Notes: generated by a model not told the origin, from the sequence alone. A stretch of DNA of 20,000 nt from an uncultured virus (IMG/VR IMGVR_UViG_3300033998_000157) (IMGVR_UViG_3300033998_000157); one strand, 5' to 3'; shown: positions 1-10,260, numbered from the stretch's first letter. Numbers and translations: made by a program.

Positions 1-2
1 AT

Positions 3-1766
3 GTAGCTTTGACATTAGAGCCAACTTCTGATAATGGAGCAGTTGCTATATTATTCCCTTCATATGGAAACAAACCTTCTGATTTTGCATATATTGTGTA
101 TGATGAGGACTACTTAGATAATGGAGAAGGCGGAGCTTTAATATTAGGAGCAGAAAATGATGGAACTGGTAGTTCTGACCATGTAAGAGTAAAAAGTAGA
201 TTTGTAATTGAAGCAGATATGTCATCCTATGACCCAACAAACGCTTTTACAATCGAACAATCAAAAAATGGAACGGTATTAATGAATGTTCAAAGAGATG
301 GAAACAAATAGTATATTAAAGCAGGTACATATAATGTTATCTTTGAAGGTAGAAATACATGGGACGCTGATGGATCGACAATATATCCAACCATACATGG
401 TTCGCACCAAGATGAATGGGTAATGTTACATTTCCCACATGTTCCATATCTTGAAAATGGCAAAGGCGGTTATAATGGTGTTACATTTGGATAGAGGGTT
501 AGATTTGCAGCCAATGCTAACACACCCACTTACTGGGATTAGGGTATTTAGAGTTCAATAGGTTCTGATAAATTTTCTATTTCAAGAGGCGGAAGTTCTA
601 CATAGTTCTTGTAGATAGACAGTTCTGGTAAAGTAGGTATAGGCAAAAACTCACCTTCTAAAACATTAGATGTATCTGGTGATATTCAATAGAGTGGTCA
701 AATTATTTCAACCGTTTCTACTGGTACAGCTCCGCTTGCTGTAAGCAGTACAACAACAGTATCAAATCTTAGTGCAGATATGGTTGATGGAGTACATTAG
801 TCCAGCTTAGTTCGAAACGACACCACAACAACTATAAGTCACATAGGTCCATGGTTCAAATATACTGGTACGTCAGAAGTTATATTAGCAGAACACACTA
901 ACGGTGGTCCAGTTCCATTCTAGTTAAGAAAAACTGGAGATACTGGTACATCAGATTCATATGGAATTCTCCATTTAGATAGAGGGAAGTCTGAGAATGG
1001 CCAAGGTTCAAACTTGTATTTCAGATTACTTAATGGTTCTTCGTATGAAGAATTTGGTGGAATTGGTTAGAAAAAAGTTGATGATAATAATGGAGAACTA
1101 CAATTTTTGGTAAGAACTGGTGGGACAAGTAGAGTAAAAGTTGGATATTTTAACAAAGATAAATATTTGGTTTTAGAAAAAGGAATGTTAATAGACAACT
1201 CATAGCCTTATTTAAGAGTATGGAACACAAACAGCGGAACTTAGGATTTCTATTTTGGTGAAAGTTCAAGTAACGGATATGGACTACATTTATATTGGGA
1301 TAGTGGATATACCACATATTGGAAGTCAAGGCACGCTGGTACAGATACAAATGTATTTCATATAGACACACGTTCTCCGGACCTTATAATGGATAGGCAA
1401 ATTCAAACTAATACAGGTTCTTCTGGCGGTATTAAAATAGGTAATAGTATATTGTCTTCTGTAGATGGAAATGAATTAGTAATATACAAAACTGATCAGA
1501 TAAGAATATCAGATTCAACATCATGGGATTATAACCAATGGGCTGGAATTAAATATGAATCCTCTACAAGAAAAATGTATATAGGTGGTCCTTAGAGTTC
1601 TAAATTCGATAGTAATACAAACCCTCAAACAATGTAGGCTCTTGTATTAGATTAGGTTGATCAATTAGAAGCTTAGAATACAGATGCAACATTTAAATCT
1701 GTAACAGTTGGAAGTTTTCAAATTCAAGCCGATGCTGAATCGATAGATTTTGTGTATATGGGGTGA
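3..1766 (+). CDS. Tail fibre protein, proximal/gp34-like, 5'-truncated by the window edge; TAG-recoded (587 aa visible)
   Basis: One frame is open from position 3 to TGA 1764-1766, interrupted only by about 16 TAG codons. Fibre motifs: IDSSGKVGIGKNSPSKTLDVSGDIQ*SG and STGTAPLAVSSTTTVSNLSADMVDGVH*SS. The C-terminus VTVGSFQIQADAESIDFVYMG recalls the T4 gp34 C-terminus (from memory). Confidence 0.85.
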
Positions 1767-1770
1767 TTGA

Positions 1771-4671
1771 ATGAGTACAATTAAATCATCATTTGATAAT
1801 GGTGAATACTTTGCAGAAAAAGAAATTAATGAACAATAGCCTCCAATATATGATAGGTAGGTATTATACCTACCTTTTATTGGAGATTTCTTTACTGAAC
1901 ATAATTATCTTGAAGATATTGGAAAACAAAATTTTATTTCGTGGAGCGGTAATGGTTCTTATTGGCAAAACATGATTCAAGATGGTACATTTTTAGGTAA
2001 TCCAATATACAGAGTTGAAAAAAGCACATATGATAGCGGATATTTTTACGCTTATTGTCTTTCAGGACTCGAAAAAATATAGGATGCAGAAGAATATACA
2101 TTAACAGGTATTTTTAAAAGTTCAACATCAAACGAAAGCACATAGCCTTTGGCAAGTATTTATTAGGGCGGTGGCTGTCCTTGGACATAGGGTAATTATA
2201 CTTCTTAGTACGAAAGTGCAATATATAAATATTATTTAGGAAATGGTTGGTGGAGATATTTTTATACATTCAAAATAAATAGGGATAAAATAACAAATTC
2301 TTCATATATCAATAGGTTATATTTAGGATTTCATTGGTCTTGGTAGAGTGTTGGAACATATGTGTGGGGGACTTAGCCATAGTTATATTTAGGAAATACA
2401 TTGCATATTTATCAAGGAAATAAATCCGCTTATTCAATATAGAATATAAGAAAATATTACGATGGAATTGGATTTGAACAACCAACAACAAATCAAATTT
2501 CTACTTCAAATATGGAAGGATATGATATAGGCTATACAGGTAATGTATGTGGTTTTAGTAATAATTTTGATTCAAGGTTTGGATAGGGCAATTGGAGTAC
2601 AGAAATAGTATATTAGGATAATTGTCCTATCGATGGTATTACAAAAGCACAAAGAATAATAACAAAAAAGAGTGGATGGGGCGGATGGACTTCTGGAAAC
2701 ATCGGAAATACTTCTGGCGACATTACATATGGAGTACTTATAAGACTACATTATGGTGAAATACAATTCGGCGATTTGAATACATCAAGCAGGTTGTATA
2801 TAAATAAATCGTATTACCAACAACACAACAAAAAACTTGGAGAATGGTTATGGTAGGTAGATCATTTTTCAGGTACTTCAACAGGTAGGCATTTATATTA
2901 GAATGGGCCAACCAAAGCAGACATTTAGTAGGTATAGATTTATAACCAAAAAGAAACCGTTGGTTATGTGAATGGAAGTGCTGGCATTAGTAAATAGTCC
3001 TTGCCTACTGATATATTTGAAATGTTTAAAAATGAATTTTCTGTTTAGTTCATATATGAACCATTAAGCGAACACACATATGGCACGTATGAAGCTATCT
3101 TCACATTAAATTGGTGGACTGCTGACTATTCGCAAGATTGGGTTGGCATTTATAGAGGAAACGGATGGAGTAATTCCGATACAATTACTTTTGAAATAAC
3201 TGACGGAACAAGGAAATATGATCATAGCACTAATATTTCAGGCATCAATTCAAGATTAAATCATAAACTTTTTGTTTAGGTATCATATAGTGAATCTCAA
3301 AAAAGTTTTTCAATATATGTAAGAGATTTGACTTAGGGTGAAGATTTAGCAAGAGAACTAATATATTTAGAAAATGATTTTTAGTTTAGCCAAAATTGGA
3401 ATTATTAGTATCTTGGAACATTACATCAAGATTCTGGAGTACAAAATTAGAAATATTCGCATTTTATGGTATATAGCAAATATTATAATAGTTATGAATT
3501 AAAAAGATTAATTCCAAAAATATTCGGTGTAGATAAAAATAGCTTTACAAAAGTTAATTTAATAAAGGAACACGAAAACATTTTAGAAAGGTATGGTCCT
3601 ACTTAGTTTGAAACTGGAAAAAATGGTGGTATATGGAGTGCATATACTCAAACAAATTGTTCTGTAACATTAGAACCTGTTAGATTTAAGCAAAATCCAT
3701 ATTCATATTTTATATACAGAAAACCTAATATATCTGGTTCTGGCGGATGTGGCACTGGACAAACATGTAATTGGGGCGGATTGAAATTGTATTTTCCTGA
3801 CGACGGAACTTTTGAAGAAGAATAGACTTACAAACTGAGTTTTTGGTATAAAGGTTATTCTACTCATACAATATAGGTATATTTTTAGTATGAAGTAGGT
3901 TGGGCAAGTAAAGGCGTTGGATTATCAGCTTTAAATTTACCTTCTATCACCCACACATTTGATGATACCGATGGCTGGCAGTATTATGAAGAAACATTTA
4001 CAATACCAGAAGGATATATACATCAAACTGGAACTGATGGTAATACATATTTTTGTATGCGTGAATTTAAAATAGGATATACTTACACCAGCACAGATTC
4101 AGTTGGAACAAGATTATTTATTAATGATTTAACTATAGAAAAAATATCAGATGCTGGTTCTGGAAAAGACACATATGGTATTAAAAAAGACGGAATTTAT
4201 GTAAAACCATTATTTGAAGGATAGAAAAAACACAAAGTTTATTTACTTGGAACTTAGTATGACACGGATCCTTAGATACCAGTAACAGGAAATAGAACTG
4301 TTAGAATAGATGGAACAGATATTGTGAATGGAACAGGTAGAGGATTAGCATTAACTATATTTGACGAAAACTTCAATTTAGTTTCAAATACAATTTATGA
4401 TGTATATGGTGATGATACTTAGAGAACAAATTTGTAGAATTAGCTATAGTAGATAGGAGATACACAATATTGGTAGCTCACTTCATTCGATTAGGTAAAT
4501 CCAAATACAAACCTAACAAATCAGTTGCAAAAAATGGGTTCTAAAATATGGCCATTATCATATAGAAGTCCATATTAGTAGTTAGGACAAGGAAAACGTA
4601 TTCTTTATGAAGATGGCTCCGATTCGGCATAGTATTATAAACATAGATAGGTAATTAATGTAAGAATATAA
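1771..4671 (+). CDS. Large tail-fibre hinge/receptor-binding protein (966 aa) with lectin/CBM-like domains and a C-terminal ILEI/gp35-like domain; TAG-recoded
   Basis: ATG 1771 follows SD GGGGTGA; stop TAA 4669-4671; about 43 in-frame TAG and no TAA/TGA inside. LamG-like segment at ~3040-3510, CBM-like segment (TYKLSFWYKG...GWQYYEETFTIP...LFINDLTIEK), and C-terminal GRGLALTIFD...YDVYGDDT*RTNL*N*L**I...LTSFD*V...YRSPY**LG. Confidence 0.8.
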
Positions 4672-4684
4672 GGGAGGTCAAGAT

Positions 4685-7216
4685 ATGGCTGAACTAAAGG
4701 CAGGCACTACCATAGGTGGATATAGGTAGTTGCACGAAGGGATTTCTAATCCTACATTAAATTCAGATACAACAATTAATGCAAATTTAACAGTAAATGG
4801 AACAACTACTGTAAATGGTGAAATACATTTTGATGACGTTTCTCGATATTGGCTTTCAACTTAGACTAATTGGGGATTATATTGGGATACTTCAACCAAT
4901 CAATTAAAATTCAGAGGTTCTGGTTAGGATAAAGTAATAATAGATTTGGACGACGGAACCACAGAAATAAAAGGAGTTGCAAGCTTAACTTATTCATCTC
5001 AATATCCTTTAAACATTAATGGTTCTGATGACGGAAAAATTGTTTTGCAAGGATCTTCTAATCCTTACATTAGATTTAGAGAAGGAACAACTGATAAATA
5101 GTATATTCAATGGAGTTCAGGTGGTTATTTACAATTCAGAAATCAAGAAGATGGGTCCGGATTAAGAATTAGAGATTCAATTGATTTTACAAAAGACGGA
5201 ACAACATGGTATTCTGTTTGGCATTCTGGTAACCATGGTTCAAACAGTGGTCTTGATGCTGATTTGCTTGATGGACAACATGGTTCATACTATACAAATT
5301 AGTCAAATTTAAATGCTGGCACAGTTCCTACAGCAAGACTTTCAGGAACATATAATATAAGTATTTCTGGTAATGCTTAGACATAGAGTAAATTATAGAC
5401 TTAGAGAACGATTTCTTTAAGCGGAGACGTATCTGGTTCGGCAAATTTTGATGGTTCTGGAGACATAACTATATCGACAACTGTTTAGGATAATTCTCAT
5501 AATCATTAGATAAGTAATATAACATGGGCTTCGAGTCAAAATTTAAATTTAACATAGACTGAAAATAACTTAGAGTGGTCTATAGATATGAGACCAGATA
5601 GCTATACAGGAACTTACTTTCAAATATGGTCAAGTACTAAATCCACAGTGCTAAAAGCAGAACATGATACTGGTTATGTTACTATTCCATATAAATTGAT
5701 AATAGGTTCCACAAGCACTAATCATATAGAATTATATACAGAATCTGGCACATAGCAAATAGCAGATACATTTGCTGATACAACAACCTATAAAAACTAT
5801 ATATACTTTTATCAAGTTTCAACTTCAAATGATCCCGCATATATCATGCATGAAACATCTGACAGCGAAACAAACGAAGGAGTATTACATTTATGTCCTT
5901 CTGATGATAATGCATATGGAGATTATGTTTCTATACACGGAACTAATGACCCAGATGTATTAAAGCTACATACAGACGGAACTATAGAAGGAGTGAAGAG
6001 TTTAACTGCATCAGGAACAATTACATAGACAACTTTTACAGGTTCATTATCTGGTAATGCTTCAACTTAGAGTAAACTTGCTACTTAGAGGACAATTACA
6101 TTATCAGGTGCGGTAACTGGTTCTGCAAGTTTTGATGGCTCTTAGGATATTACAATTTCTACGTCAGTTAATCACAATCACGACAGTTCTTATGTAAATG
6201 TTACTGGTGATTCAATGTCTGGAACCCTTACTGTTCCTACTCTTCAAATTAATGATAGCAATACTAAACTTGTTGAAGGCGGTGAAAACTCCGTTAGAAT
6301 ACAAACAAATAGCGGATATATAGATATAGGTCCTCAAAATACATCTTGGTAGCACCTTGACACAGATAGATCTAATTTTTATTTTGGAAAAAGCATACAT
6401 GTAAATGGAAATATATATGCCTATAACACAAGTTATTATTTTAATGGAAGTTCATTTAATTTTCCTGGCGGAACTGTAAATGGAACGCAAAAAATCACAG
6501 GCGATTTGGATATGGATGAAGGAACAATTTACTATGTACGTGAAATTCGATTTGATTGGACATCAAGAAGTTATAATCAAGAATATCATTCTATTGTAAG
6601 TAAAAACGCATCTGGTACTTTATCTGATGCTATAAGAATTAATAGCTATGGTGACGTTGTAATTAATATAGATTCAAACAACAATGGTACTAATACATTT
6701 TCAATATATAAGCACGGAGGAACAGGTTAGATAAGTTCTTCATATAGGCTCTTCTATGTAGATGAAAGTGGTTATTAGTACGCAACTAAAGTATATGGTG
6801 CAGTATATAACGATTATTAGGAATATAGAATTGGAAAAGAAGAAATTGAGGCTGGATATATAGCTGTCACAGATAATGATGGAAAAATTAAAAAATGCGA
6901 TAAAGATAGAGCAAGAAATATTGCAGGTGTAGTTTCTGATGTATTTGGTTTTGCAATTGGAGAAGTAGATGGAGAAATCAATATACCGATATAGGTTGCA
7001 GGAAGAGTGTTAATTTATTAGTAGAACAAGGAAAAATTAAAAATTGGCGATTAGGTATGTTAGACAAAAGATGGACGAGCAAGAAAAATGAAATGGTGGG
7101 AAAAAATTATTTTCCCAGAATAGATTGTTGGATATGTTGATGAAATACCAGATTACGAAGAATGGGGTAACGATAAAATCAAAGTAAATGGTAGAGTTTG
7201 GATTAGATTGAGGTGA
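4685..7216 (+). CDS. Distal tail fibre protein (843 aa) with C-terminal intramolecular-chaperone/peptidase G2-like domain; TAG-recoded
   Basis: ATG 4685 follows SD GGGAGG; stop TGA 7214-7216; about 27 in-frame TAG. N-terminus MAELKAGTTIGG is T4 gp36-like. Also VWHSGNHGSNSGLDADLLDGQHGSYYTN*SNL, two GNAxTASKLATARTI-type repeats, and C-terminal VYGAVYNDY*EY...GVVSDVFGFAIG...PI*VAGRV...VNGRVWIRLR. Confidence 0.9.
5366..5508 (+). repeat. Tail-fibre internal repeat copy 1 (SGNA*T*SKL*T*RTISLSGDVSGSANFDGSGDITISTTV*DNSHNH)
   Basis: Protein-level repeat of 6050-6181, read directly from translation. Confidence 0.85.
6050..6181 (+). repeat. Tail-fibre internal repeat copy 2 (SGNAST*SKLAT*RTITLSGAVTGSASFDGS*DITISTSVNHNH)
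   Basis: Protein-level repeat of 5366-5508; GCT at 6080 aligns with TAG at 5396. Confidence 0.85.
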
Positions 7217-7220
7217 TTTA

Positions 7221-7847
7221 ATGTAGGCTGTAACTCCATACGTCACTTATGTAAGTCTTAGTATAAATACTGATAATGTTGTATATACATATAAAATAAC
7301 TGCAGATACATACTTCTATAAAATTTGGAACAGTTACACAGGGACCTGGAGTAGTTGGACAACAGTTGGAGCCGCATTAGATAATAGTCCTCGATACAAC
7401 CAAGCACAGCACACAATAACCGTTTCAAGAAGGACTGACGCTTAGGTTTTTTACACAATACATTTCAGAATGTTTGAATACGATTGGATGACTTGGACCG
7501 AATCAGGGAATTCTCATATTTTTAGAAGTTATTATATCTCTTTTTATTAGCCACCTCAATCTTCGTCAAACGTGTTAATAAGAGACGAAATATATAAATA
7601 TTTAATATGTAGTGGTAAATCAACATATTCAACAAACAATTTTCATAGTTCTATTGTTCAAGGATAGTTAGTAGATGATTAGCATAATATGACATTAATA
7701 GATACTGCCGCATAGGGTGGAAACATAATAAGATAGGACAATTATAAAGTATGGTATACTCATTAGCATTCAGGTTCTAATGCATATCGTGATAGAGGCG
7801 AATACGATAACGCAACATATTCAGATTCATACCCATGGCCATGGTAA
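7221..7847 (+). CDS. Hypothetical tail-associated protein (208 aa, Tyr/Trp/Thr/Ser-rich; possible adhesin); TAG-recoded
   Basis: SD GAGGTGA overlaps the previous stop; the gene starts ATG TAG GCT GTA; 8 in-frame TAG; ends YPWPW then TAA 7845-7847. Confidence 0.75.
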
Positions 7848-7861
7848 TTGGTGGTGAAATC

Positions 7862-8347
7862 GTGAAATATTTAAGAACAATATAGTATTCAATAAATACT
7901 GGTAATAAAAAACAATATTATGGTATAACAGGCACAGGTATAGAGTTAGAAATAAAATAGAATGACACAGAAATAATGCAAGTAATTGAACCAGGAAGTT
8001 ATGTAGTAGATGATCAATTAATCGAATTACAAAAACTAAACATATCAATTTTTCAATTGACATATGACAAAAACAAAATATATTTCAGATTGGGTGATAA
8101 CATGACAATAGAAGAATTTAATCAAATAATAAGTTATATTTAGAAAGTCACAAATTCAACAGAAAATGATATTATTCAACATTTTTGCAGATTTTTAAAT
8201 ACTACAGAAGACAAATTGTTTGATATACTAAAAAATGTTAATCAAGGTTTGTTTTTGGGTTTGAGTCATAAAGAACAGGATTTTAAGATATGTATAAACA
8301 CCAAAGAATTAGATAAGTTGGTGATAGATAATGCAAATCAAGTTTGA
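7862..8347 (+). CDS. Hypothetical protein (161 aa); TAG-recoded
   Basis: GTG 7862 follows GGTGGTGA; 3 in-frame TAG; TGA 8345-8347 overlaps the start of the next gene. Confidence 0.7.
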
Positions 8348-8582
8348 CGGAGAATATTATGACAACATGCACATTGCTTTTACACAAAATGAAAATATAG
8401 TGAGTATAATATTAGAAAAAGAAAAAGCAGATTTTACAACGTTATCAAATGAAGAATACGATATAATTTTAGTTGATGAAGAAAATAAAAAAGAAGAAGT
8501 ATTATTTACAGTTTCGAAAAATAACATAGTTAAAACATCTTTTGGCAATTATACAAAAATATATATTTATAAAGAACTTTAA
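8331..8582 (+). CDS. Hypothetical protein (83 aa)
   Basis: ORF track; SD-like GGTGA upstream; no TAG; TAA stop; fits operon packing. Confidence 0.7.
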   Translation: MQIKFDGEYYDNMHIAFTQNENIVSIILEKEKADFTTLSNEEYDIILVDEENKKEEVLFTVSKNNIVKTSFGNYTKIYIYKEL

Positions 8583-8594
8583 GGAGGTTAAAGT

Positions 8595-8969
8595 ATGATT
8601 ATTAAAGCTTTTGATGTACAAAACAAGGAAATTGCAACAGTTCAATAGGATCCAGCGTATGTAAAGTATAATCTTCAATACGAAACCGAATCTGGAAATT
8701 TTAAAGGATTCTTTGAAATTGTGCGTGGTGAAGCAAATATGCTTTCATTATTAAAAGTTTTAAAGTATTCTGTGCAAAAGAACTTATCACATTTAATAGT
8801 TGAAAATGAAGATGGAACACAATTATATGGTGTATCAATGTTATTCGCAGAAGCTCAAACAATAAATATCCATGAAGGTCACTTATACTTCAGAATGGGT
8901 ATAATTATTACTCCAGAAAATATGGAAGAATACGCACAATTCTTAGAAGCACACGGATTATATCAATAA
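8595..8969 (+). CDS. Hypothetical protein (124 aa); one recoded TAG
   Basis: Strong SD AAGGAGG at 8581-8587 and ATG 8595. TAG at 8646-8648 joins it in frame to track ORF 8721..8969. TAA stop. Confidence 0.75.
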
Positions 8970-8978
8970 TAAAATATC

Positions 8979-9010
8979 AAAATGCCCCCACAATATGGGG
9001 GTATTTTATT
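8979..9010 (+). terminator. Intrinsic terminator closing the tail-fibre operon
   Basis: AAAATGCCCCCA-caata-TGGGGGTATTTT stem-loop with a T-rich tail, just after the 8969 stop. Confidence 0.7.
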
Positions 9011-9023
9011 AGGAGATGTTGCT

Positions 9024-9773
9024 ATGAATATTTTTGGATTAGAAATTGAAATGATGTTGCCTGAAATTGTTTTGCTCGAACCTCCTGTTCAAAATATACC
9101 GATAAGGTATGTAACCACAAACATGCTAAAAAACATGCCTTCGAATTTGTTTAATATTACGTTAGTCAAAGAATATAATTTTACAGTAGACGTAATTTTT
9201 AAATTCAAAGATATCGAATATAAAAAAACAATGCCTAAAAATTGGTGGAATTCAGTGAACAAATTTTTAGATAAGAATAATTGGAAATTATAGTTTCCAT
9301 TGCATGAGATGTTATCAGATAGTGAAATATATGAATTAGCATATCAATATTATACAGGACAGTAGAGTGACAGAATCAAAAGAATATATACAGGTTACAA
9401 ATTATTAGACGAATATTTCAAAGAATGGAATTTTGCGTGGCATTATGCTCATAATGGATTAAAAAATGAAAAATTGCATAACAAAAATATATTTAGAGTT
9501 GAGTATGACGGAAGCATAATTAAAGGTGATACCGAAATATTTAAGGGTAAATATTATGGAATAGAACTAATAACACCAATTTTTAATAAGGAATCAATTA
9601 TAGAAGTATATTCGAAAGTATTAGATTTTATTCTCATAACCTTGATATCTATTTACAAAATCGTCTTCATTATCCCACTCAGGATAGAAATACAACGTTT
9701 CGCCGTTTTGAAGTTTAAATTCGATAATGGATATATCTCTATATAGTGTCAAATAATTTCGTATAGTCAATGA
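9024..9773 (+). CDS. Putative amidoligase (COOH-NH2 ligase type 2)-like protein, N-terminal half only and probably truncated; TAG-recoded
   Basis: SD AGGAG and ATG 9024. TAG at 9291 and 9363 join two track ORFs. Motifs FGLEIE, FRVEYDGSI and GIELITPIF are present. After ~9620 the frame runs antisense into the next gene, to TAG 9744 or TGA 9771. Confidence 0.55.
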
Positions 9774-10013
9774 TTCATCTTGTATTTCATGATTAACATA
9801 AAAATTTGTATGTAAATCTAATGCTTCTGTTGATATATCGATATATCCTTTATTTATCCACTTTTCTTCCTCTAATTTTCCTCTTTCATTTAATGTATAC
9901 TTTTCTTTTACATCTTCAAAACGAATATCTAAAATAAATTCTTTTGGTATAACACAATAATCGCCATTTTCAAATACTAATTCAATCCATTTAAAATCAA
10001 ACTCATTAAGCAT
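9621..10013 (-). CDS. Hypothetical phage protein (130 aa)
   Basis: ORF track; SD AAGGAGGG upstream; TAA stop; acidic globular composition. Confidence 0.8.
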   Translation of the reverse strand: MLNEFDFKWIELVFENGDYCVIPKEFILDIRFEDVKEKYTLNERGKLEEEKWINKGYIDISTEALDLHTNFYVNHEIQDESLTIRNYLTLYRDISIIEFKLQNGETLYFYPEWDNEDDFVNRYQGYENKI

Positions 10014-10189
10014 TCTATCCCTCCTTAAAACTATTCTAATTCAATTATACACTTGAAAAATACAATTAATTGACTACGTATTAATATACAAATAACTGCT
10101 CACTGCCTACCTTTTTTATGCTTTTATTTAGCCCCGCCCCGCGCACGCGAATAAAAATAAGGTCGATTATCGAAGTTGCGAACGTGGAA

Positions 10190-10219
10190 TTGACATGAGG
10201 GTCGTGAAGGTGGTATAAT
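10190..10219 (+). promoter_or_regulatory. Consensus sigma70-type promoter with extended -10
   Basis: TTGACA 10190-10195, 18-bp spacer, TG-G-TATAAT with -10 at 10214-10219, 41 nt upstream of ATG 10261. Confidence 0.85.
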
Positions 10220-10260
10220 AGTAAAAAGCGGGTGAGCGATTATTTATAGGTGGTGATATT

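Noticed and set aside
46..8548. Short minus-strand and off-frame ORFs in the track (46-240, 1150-1371, 1793-1975, 2309-2491, 5772-5963, 6212-6400, 7037-7246, 7258-7458, 7827-8063, 8357-8548)
   Set aside because: These are shadow ORFs overlapping the long TAG-read-through genes, with atypical composition.
3..8969. Decayed prophage / pseudogenes with nonsense mutations
   Set aside because: All interruptions are TAG, never TAA/TGA, although TAA should dominate random decay in AT-rich DNA. There are no frameshifts, and RBS and gene packing are intact.
8982..9023. Track start ATG 8982 for the amidoligase-like gene
   Set aside because: It lies inside the terminator hairpin without an SD, whereas ATG 9024 has AGGAG at normal spacing.
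3..9773. TAG = Gln (genetic code 15)
   Set aside because: It gives implausible motifs (NDYQEY, GNAQTQSKLQTQRTI, LQNQLQQI, PIQVAGRV). CAA is still used freely, whereas GCN is depleted.
3..9773. TAG = Ser (one step from TCG)
   Set aside because: This is the closest alternative and is not fully excluded without HMM or proteomic data. However, Ser codons are abundant while Ala is depleted, and the DYAEY, TARTI, PIAV and LANALAAI contexts favour Ala.
3..9773. Pyrrolysine insertion at TAG
   Set aside because: About 100 sites at small-residue positions in structural proteins do not fit a bulky residue, and no pyl genes are visible.
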